A DNA stretch of 64,000 bases from Octopus vulgaris (Eukaryota): assembly GCA_951406725.2 (NCBI GenBank), contig OX597817.1, positions 148,490,001-148,554,000 on the forward strand, read 5' to 3'. Both the position numbers and the translations under genes were made by a program. A model generated the notes under the pieces. The model saw only the letters and a list, made by a program, of their open reading frames with translations, was not told the origin of the DNA and did not search any database. How positions within the stretch are numbered: position 1 is the stretch's first letter; each line of letters starts with the position of its first letter. Shown in pieces: positions 56,269 through 64,000 of this stretch.

Positions 56269-57469
56269 TCTTGACTCCACATCTGCCAATACTCTACCGA
56301 TTTGGATAACTTTGTATCATTTGACTCGAGTCGAAAATTCTGGTACCATACACTGCGTCTTAACATAACACGAAATATATTTTCTTTTAGTTTCTGTGTA
56401 TCATGTCTACTCATAATATTTTGGTCCAACCTTGAGATACAGTAGGAAACATTTTACAAACATGTCATGCAGTGACACAGAATTCGAAACCGCCCTCGAT
56501 TGCAAAGAAGGTTCTTAACCACAAAGCCATTCAATAAATTCTAGATTCGAATATTTCGAAGCAATTCCGTTACAGTATTATTTTCCGTTTGTTACAATCA
56601 GTCACCTAGAAAACAATTAATTATTATTCTCTTTTATTTTAGTCTAAACTGAATACAACATCTTTATCATAGAACTTGAATTTTTTTTCTGTAAACAATG
56701 CAAAGCAAAACCTTCGTTTTTTCCACTTTTGCAAGTCTTCGTATTCTGTTCTTTTTCTCATCTTTTTCTTTCTCCTCCTTTCGCTTATTCTTCTCCTCCT
56801 CTTCCTCCTTCTTCGTTTTCTTCTCCTCCACCTCCTATTCCTCCTTTTTTCTTTTTCTACTTTACTTTCATATCCTTCTCCTCTTTCGTTTTTTTCTCCG
56901 TCTTCTCCTTCTCCATCATTCTTCTCTTTCAACAACAACTCGTCCCCCCCCATTTTTCATTTACCTTCCTCACTAACCAAATATAACGCAACACAATGTT
57001 TTAAGGCTGTACGCTTTCTTCCTCTACTCCTCCTCCTCCTCCTCCTCCTCCTCTTTCTCCTCATTTTTCTTTGTCTTCTCCATCTGCTGCTCTTCTCCCT
57101 CCTTCCTATTTCTGCACCCCTTACAACTTCTAACCCAATTTTTCTTCTTCACTTGCCTCATTCAATGACATACAGTGCTTTGGGTTTCTATTCATGTCTG
57201 AAACAAATAAAATAATATATGTGGGTTGGTGGTTGTATCAATGTATATGCGCTTTTGTTTTGTGTCTACCTCTCACAACCGTCTCAGAAATAGATGCTGG
57301 TTTGTTTACATCCCCGTAACTTAGTGTTTCAATTTAAACAGGAAGAAAGCGACAGAATAAATATGTGTTATAAAAAAGTTCTAGAATCGATCTTTTGGAC
57401 TAAAGCCTTCAAAGCTTGCCCCAGCATGGCCTTTTTCCAATGACTGACACAAGTAAAAGATCGGTGGAG

Positions 57470-58740
57470 TTGTCGAGATTAGTGTCTGTACTGACTTTAA
57501 GGCTTTGACTCTGATAATAAGGAATACAGAGTTCGAAATACAGGAGTTGTATGTTTTATGCTTTTGTATTTGTTTTGTTGAGAAAACATTACTATATCCT
57601 CATTGAAGAATGTTCCGAAGGTTTTGCTCATAGATTCAGTGTATGTTGCCTGTGGAGGCATCTATGTGTACGAAAATATGTAGCTTGGTATTAATTAGCT
57701 GCAAAGAAGTATGAAATGTTAGAAGACAATGCACGTATAGAAAGAAATTTATGTCAGAGACTACTGAACATCTGAGCTAGGCCAGAGTAGAAAGATTGTC
57801 GCTTGAAGGGACCTCCTTTAGCACATGTAAGCCATGGTGCTGTAAGACAGGAAGTATTTTATTGTAGAAATGAGCTAAGTATGTAGATTATTGGTGTGCA
57901 AGCTAACTATGAGTTTCTGGTAAAGACATTCGAAGTATTCATCGATGTCAAGTGTAATAGATTTGGTTTAGATAAAATTCCAGTGAGCAGTGTGAGCATT
58001 AGTGGACGATAAAGAATAGTAAATATCCTGAAATCTGTTTCAACGACATCCATAATAGCTGTCATTGAAGAGAAAATATGAAGAATCAATTGATTGTTGA
58101 TAACTATTTCCATTATATTTAAAATGTTGAAAGTCTGTGCGATAGCCATCGTTGTGTTTCCTCATGGTAGTCTTGTAGGAACCGATGTGATTTGTGGTGG
58201 GTAATTTCCGTCAAACCTGAAGATGGTGTTATTTGCCTCTACCACTTTAACAAATCTGCAAGTTAACAATTCGCAGGATTTGGTATAACGAGTGTTGGTT
58301 ATTATATAAGGAATGTAAATGGAGATATATTCGTAAAAGAAGAAAGTAACAATATTGAATATTTCTGTTCTGAATCACTCCAACAATAAAAGAGAGACAG
58401 AGAGTGTAATTTATGGAAATATATACTTTCGGTAAAGATTTCAATAAAGATGTCTACACACCTATTATTAGGTGCAATTTATAAACCAGCTTGACTAATA
58501 TTTTCAATACACTGATTAACTGTGTTGCTTTCTCCTGTCATGAAGTTGATTCCTATAAGATTCACCCAGTTGTAAATTCCCAGATGTAAAATTTTCTCTA
58601 AATAGTCTCAGTTAAGTGCTTGATCTTGCATAAAAAAGACGTAAGCTTTCACTATCTGATTTCCAGTCATATTATTCTGAATCTAAAGTCACTTTCTATT
58701 CATGGCCTACGTATTATTATTATTAACATCATTCTTGTTT
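57470..58740 (-). mobile_element. Possible very old Penelope-like fossil
   Basis: Weak remnants: LPKVY, FRFDGNY, HIDASTGNIH*IYEQ (GIY-YIG-like spacing). Confidence 0.3.
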
Positions 58741-59454
58741 AGGTTGATAGATGATGCTATATGTTACAGAGTAAACTTTTCTCGCCATTTTATTCGTTCG
58801 CTTATATATTTATTCTCCTCAAATTTTCAAGATTTTCTTACTCAGCATTTTTTCTAATGTAAAAGCGAATGATTCCACGCCTGGCTGATTTGTTAAGAAG
58901 CTCGATTTACAACTATGTGGTCTTTGGTTCGATCCTTGTGCTTGACATCTTACCATGTTGCCCTAAAATTTGTGAAGAAATTAACATGGACGGAAACTGT
59001 GAATGACCATCGGAAAGTGCTGCGTCTGTAATTCAAGGTTCCAAACTTGTCACGCACGTGTAACGCTGATTCCGTTAATAGTACACATTTCTGGGGAATA
59101 ATTAATTGCTCCGTCCACTAATTCAATGAATAAATCATCCAAATGACTTAACAACTAAATTTTTATTCACTGAAAGCGAAGGGGGTGTCTATAATGAAAA
59201 ACGTATTCTGCTGCATCAGGGTCACCATTTAGGTCAAACGACCTGTTGGCTGAGGAAGCTGCTGTACTCTGTCACCGAAGGCAAGCGTCGATTCGCAGCA
59301 GGTGGTGAAGTAGCTTTGTATGTGTTTTAAACCCTTCCACTGCCAAACGAGAGTTTTTCGGGCCACCCACTGATGTAGACAACAAAATTCCCACGTAACA
59401 ACACGAGCTTTCTTCAGTTCCATGTTCCGACTCTAGATCAGATGAACTTGTCTC

Positions 59455-59926
<472 letters not shown>

Positions 59927-60064
59927 TACATTGAGGGTGTGTCTATCATCCTAAATGATCAATCTTTCTGCATCATTCATCCTGTCTCTTGTTGTTGTCA
60001 AGCAATAAGTCGGGTAAGGGTGATTAGGTGATGGTCTAGGGCTTAGGGGCGGGAGAACCCAGAC

Positions 60065-60224
60065 CTTGAAAAAAAAAACTTTGGTCGTCTTGTTGTAGTC
60101 GTGGGCTCCTCGTTGACGCCCGATACCACTGGGATTTGGCCGTCGAAGTCGCTGGAAATGGAGATCTCCAGGTCCAAATTCTTGAACGGCATCCTGTCTC
60201 TTGAACCTGCTTTCCCAGCAGTTT
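60065..60224 (-). CDS. Candidate host coding exon, unknown product (..MPFKNLDLEISISSDFDGQIPVVSGVNEEPTTTTRRPKFFFSR)
   Basis: GC-rich non-repetitive island; acceptor taatcaattttgtcag; many C/G-ending codons in this frame; possible donor AAG|GTCTGG, or stop at 60043. Confidence 0.4.
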
Positions 60225-61039
60225 CTGACAAAATTGATTATCTTCTTCGATACTAGTCGAGGACTTCTGAGAATTCGGTGAAACCTGGTTTTAACAAATC
60301 CACATACGCCTATTCTACAGGAATATATAGTCTCTCATCCATTGTTCTCACATTCAAATTGCACAATAAAATTTGAATTATTGAATTCTATTTAAATCCG
60401 TCGAGAAAAGACAGCAACAGTTTCTAAAGGAGAATGGATTAATTTTTCATTTGTTAATCATTCAATGTCATTTATTAACATCAAATGTGTGATCTTCGAA
60501 ACCTTGTATCAAAATTTACATGTAATTCTTGTCACATATCAAATCATTCTAAAACGTTTAGACATTGTCATCCAATATTAGAGTCTCACTTATCTTCCTC
60601 TCGTAATGGTTATTCTTTTATTCTTTCACTAGCTTGTTTATGAAGTGTGGCCTTGCTGGAGCAGCGCCTATAGGAATTCCAGTCGGTTATTTTGTTCCTA
60701 GTACATAGCCTGCTAATAATTAAATATCGAATGGTTATATTTGTTTCCAGCTTACACTGACTTGCCTTGACATTAACTCAAAATGTAACCAATAGAAAGT
60801 ATTATTGTTCGACGCACGCATTTATCCAGACAAATACAAATATATACACAAACACACATACCCCGTTCTATCCTCTTTTGATAAGTGTTTCCGAAATATT
60901 GTTTCGTAAATTATATTTTTACCAACACACCACCACCACCAACAACAACAACAACAAATATTGCGATTAATGCTACTATATGCACTGATTCTACTACTGT
61001 TGCTGCTGCTACTACTACTACAACTGCTGTTGTTTACGC

Positions 61040-61132
61040 ATAATCAGCATGTTTTGGGAAAGTCTAGGACATTCCTTCGTGATATGGGTAATGGTTTCAT
61101 TTACTATATTACAGAGTATTATTATTATTATA

Positions 61133-61200
<68 letters not shown>

Positions 61201-62010
61201 CATTATTATTGTTGTTGTTGTTGTTATTATTATTATTATTATTATTATTGTTTCAGTAGTTATCATCAATAAGCGCCTACACTTGAGAGCCAATTGCTCC
61301 TTCATATGTCTCGTCTCATGCAATATTTTGTTCTGTATTTGTGCGTTTCTGCCGTATTAGTAGCACTTAACTTAGTAACATTCCAGTTCGTGGAAGTATT
61401 ATGTTTTGTATGTTGTGCATATGTGTATGTAGTGATTATGTATGTACCTGTAACCGTCTAAACTCCTAAGGCACTTAGTATTATATAGATTAAATCTGTT
61501 TTCAATAATTAATACCTCACTTCTTCGATTTTTACTATTCTTTTATTCTTTTCACTGGTTTCAGGCAGAGTCTGGGGCCATGCTGGAGCACCGCCTACAT
61601 ATCAAGTTTTGTTTCTTGTATTTCTTTTAATAAATCATCGTCTTTCGCTAGGATTGCTAGGTTGATCATGAAACCTTAACCGACGAATTGGCCTTGATCT
61701 CTATGTATGTGTGGGTTAACCTATCCAAAGAACAGGGTTGCTTTTTTGTTTTTTAATGTTTTTTTTTACAGTGTCATGGTGATGTTTCATGTCGTGTTTC
61801 ATGGAGCTGGTATCATTTTCTGTATATATAAGTCTTACTATCCAAAAGAAGAATTTTCTTTTGGCTTGGGTGGACAGCCAGTGACAATGTAGTCAATTGT
61901 TTCTTCCTAATCTCATTATATCCGGCAATCATTTCATATCATTTGCTCATTACATGCTTGTAGTAGTTTTCTGAGAAGGCCCTTATCTTGTGCTTCATTC
62001 AAAGCTCCTT
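61040..62010 (-). mobile_element. Two decayed RLE LINE fragments (61040-61115 and 61640-62010)
   Basis: CNIVNETITHITKECP; AQDK..ENYYKHVM..EETIDYIVTGCP (CCHC region). Confidence 0.5.
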
Positions 62011-62743
62011 CCCTCTCAAAATATCAGTACTGCGCGCCTCACCTATCCTAATATTCTTTTCTTTTTGTGCGGGATCTACATCGGTTTCGACGGTGAGAAT
62101 TTACGCTTTTGATTAACTAATTTACCTTCACATTTGCCGTATAAGTTGAAAGATATTCTACAGACACTTCTTTTTATTTTACCTATCATGAGGAAGAAGT
62201 GTTGTTCCCATTGCATATTGCAGGGCCTCTGACACTAGTGAGTGTAAAAAAAACCCCTCAAATGGAAACTCGGTCGGAACGCTTGAACAGAGATGACTCC
62301 GCTAAAGGCACCTAAGGTGTTAGATGTTGACGTTAAACAGGACGAAATGGTAAGTGTGCCACCACGGTATGCCATGGTGGGATTTGAATATGAACCTTAA
62401 AGAGCTCGAATAAATATAATAAGGCATTCACTCCGACTTTAAAATAGTACAATACAAGCAACGCCTTGATTTGGTATTTTTACTTCAACCCCGAAAAGAT
62501 GAAATATAAAGTTGGCCTTAGTTATTTCAACTCGAAACACGGGAATCGAAAAACACTGAGAATAACGCTGTCCGATATTTTAACGACTTACTACCTAAAA
62601 CGTATCCTTGCTGTAATCATCAGGAAGGAATTTCATTGAAGCTTGGCCTGCGAATTCAAAATACTACTCCGTGGAATCGAACCCGAAGCTTCATAATTGC
62701 ACGTCTAACCTTTTAACAGTTTAGCCATGATCCACAATAAGTT

Positions 62744-63125
62744 GTGGCACTCCGTCGATCACGACGATGTGGGTTCCAGTTGATCCGGTCAACGGAATAG
62801 CATGCTCGTCAAATTAAAGTGCAAGTGGCTGAGGACTCCACAGACGCGTGTACACTTAACCTAGATCTCGGGGAGATTTAGCGTGACACGGTGTGTGACA
62901 AGGCTGGCCCTTTGAAATACAAGTACAACAGAAACAAGTTGAAAGAGTAAGAGAAAGTTGTGTGAAAGAGTACAGCAGGACTCACCACCACCCTCTGCCG
63001 GAGCCTCGTGGAGCTTTAGATGTTTTCGCTCAATAAACACTCACAACGCCCGGTCTGGGAATCGAAGCCGCGATCCTATAGCTGCGAGTCCGCTACCATA
63101 ACCACTGGGCCATGGCGCCTCCACA
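62744..63125 (-). mobile_element. tRNA-derived SINE family S1
   Basis: Colinear with 8520-8905. Confidence 0.9.
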
Positions 63126-63279
63126 TCTACACTAAGTAGCCAAGTTAAGTCTATCTTAGTATATTGCTTAATACCAAGCGATTATATCTGTTCCGATATA
63201 CAAAACAATGTATTTACTACGAAGCACGTGTCCTTCGATACGTGTTCATTTATTTACACTGTATCCATATGTTTAAAGC

Positions 63280-63760
63280 ACCGATTATATCCATTGAGAA
63301 GAGGACACCTTATATGGTTATCTAAAGTAATAAGGGGTGACGAGGAGGAAATTAAACCGTCAGCATACTTTATTGTCAGTCTCAAATATGCTTCTTTAGT
63401 AACAGTGATTTCAACAATTCAGTTTACACAGGCATTGATTTCAATGGACTGGTTTAAATACCAGCTGACCAGCGGCAGAAAATATAATTTCCTCTCAGTC
63501 ATCAAGCCTTGTACTGAAGACCATAAGTCGTTATTAAAGTACTTCTTACCTATTTCTTTTGAGTAGTTGGATAGAATTTAATCAACAGTATTTCCGCATT
63601 TCTACTGATATCGAAATGCTGACCACTAGCAAAAATGCTTTCATTTCTTGTGAATTTCCCAAAAGTGAGGTCATCCACGTATAAATTATTGCAATAACCT
63701 AACCTGATTCCATAGAACACCAAAGTCCAGTATCCACATTTCAATAGTATTGAAGATAAT
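63280..63760 (-). mobile_element. Possible BEL/Pao LTR retrotransposon RT fossil
   Basis: NNLYVDDLTFG, then VTKEAYLRL..YADGLIS (cf. TKR..YDPLGLISP). Confidence 0.35.
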
Positions 63761-64000
63761 AAGGCACAACGTTCGATTCACTTTGTAATAAACGTGATTT
63801 CCTGTATCGGAATTAATAATATAATATAGCTGTATGCTTCAAACAAGCCATTCCCTCTTCACCTCCCTTACACACGTTATTGTCTCTCTCTATTGTTCAT
63901 TCTTCTTTACAAAATTGTTTCTTTCAGTATGTCTCATTTTGTTCCCATTTCTCTCTTTGTCACTAACTTTCCCCTCTCTCTTTACCACTATCATCTCTGC

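Overview
AT-rich, microsatellite-dense animal non-coding DNA made up almost entirely of transposable elements. The SINE and LINE repertoire suggests an Octopus (coleoid cephalopod) genome; this is inference. No intact host gene is visible, only one plausible coding exon on the minus strand near 60.1-60.2 kb. Recognisable elements: a near-complete CR1/L2-group LINE with several 3' tips, a cluster of R4/Dong-type (restriction-like endonuclease) LINEs in (TAA)n, a decayed Penelope-like element, RTE and Tx1 fragments, three SINE families, mariner and hAT derivatives, non-autonomous Helitrons and a perfect ~1.16-kb (GAT)n. Two things stand out. (1) A full-length U6 snRNA copy is fused to the 3' tail of the local CR1-group LINE and inserted in (TA)n, a U6/LINE chimera and candidate U6-headed SINE. 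(2) Roughly ten minimal hammerhead-ribozyme motifs, intact or decayed, sit in short non-coding and often palindromic Penelope-pLTR-like mini-elements. Coordinates of decayed elements are approximate. Most of the ORF track is microsatellite artefact.
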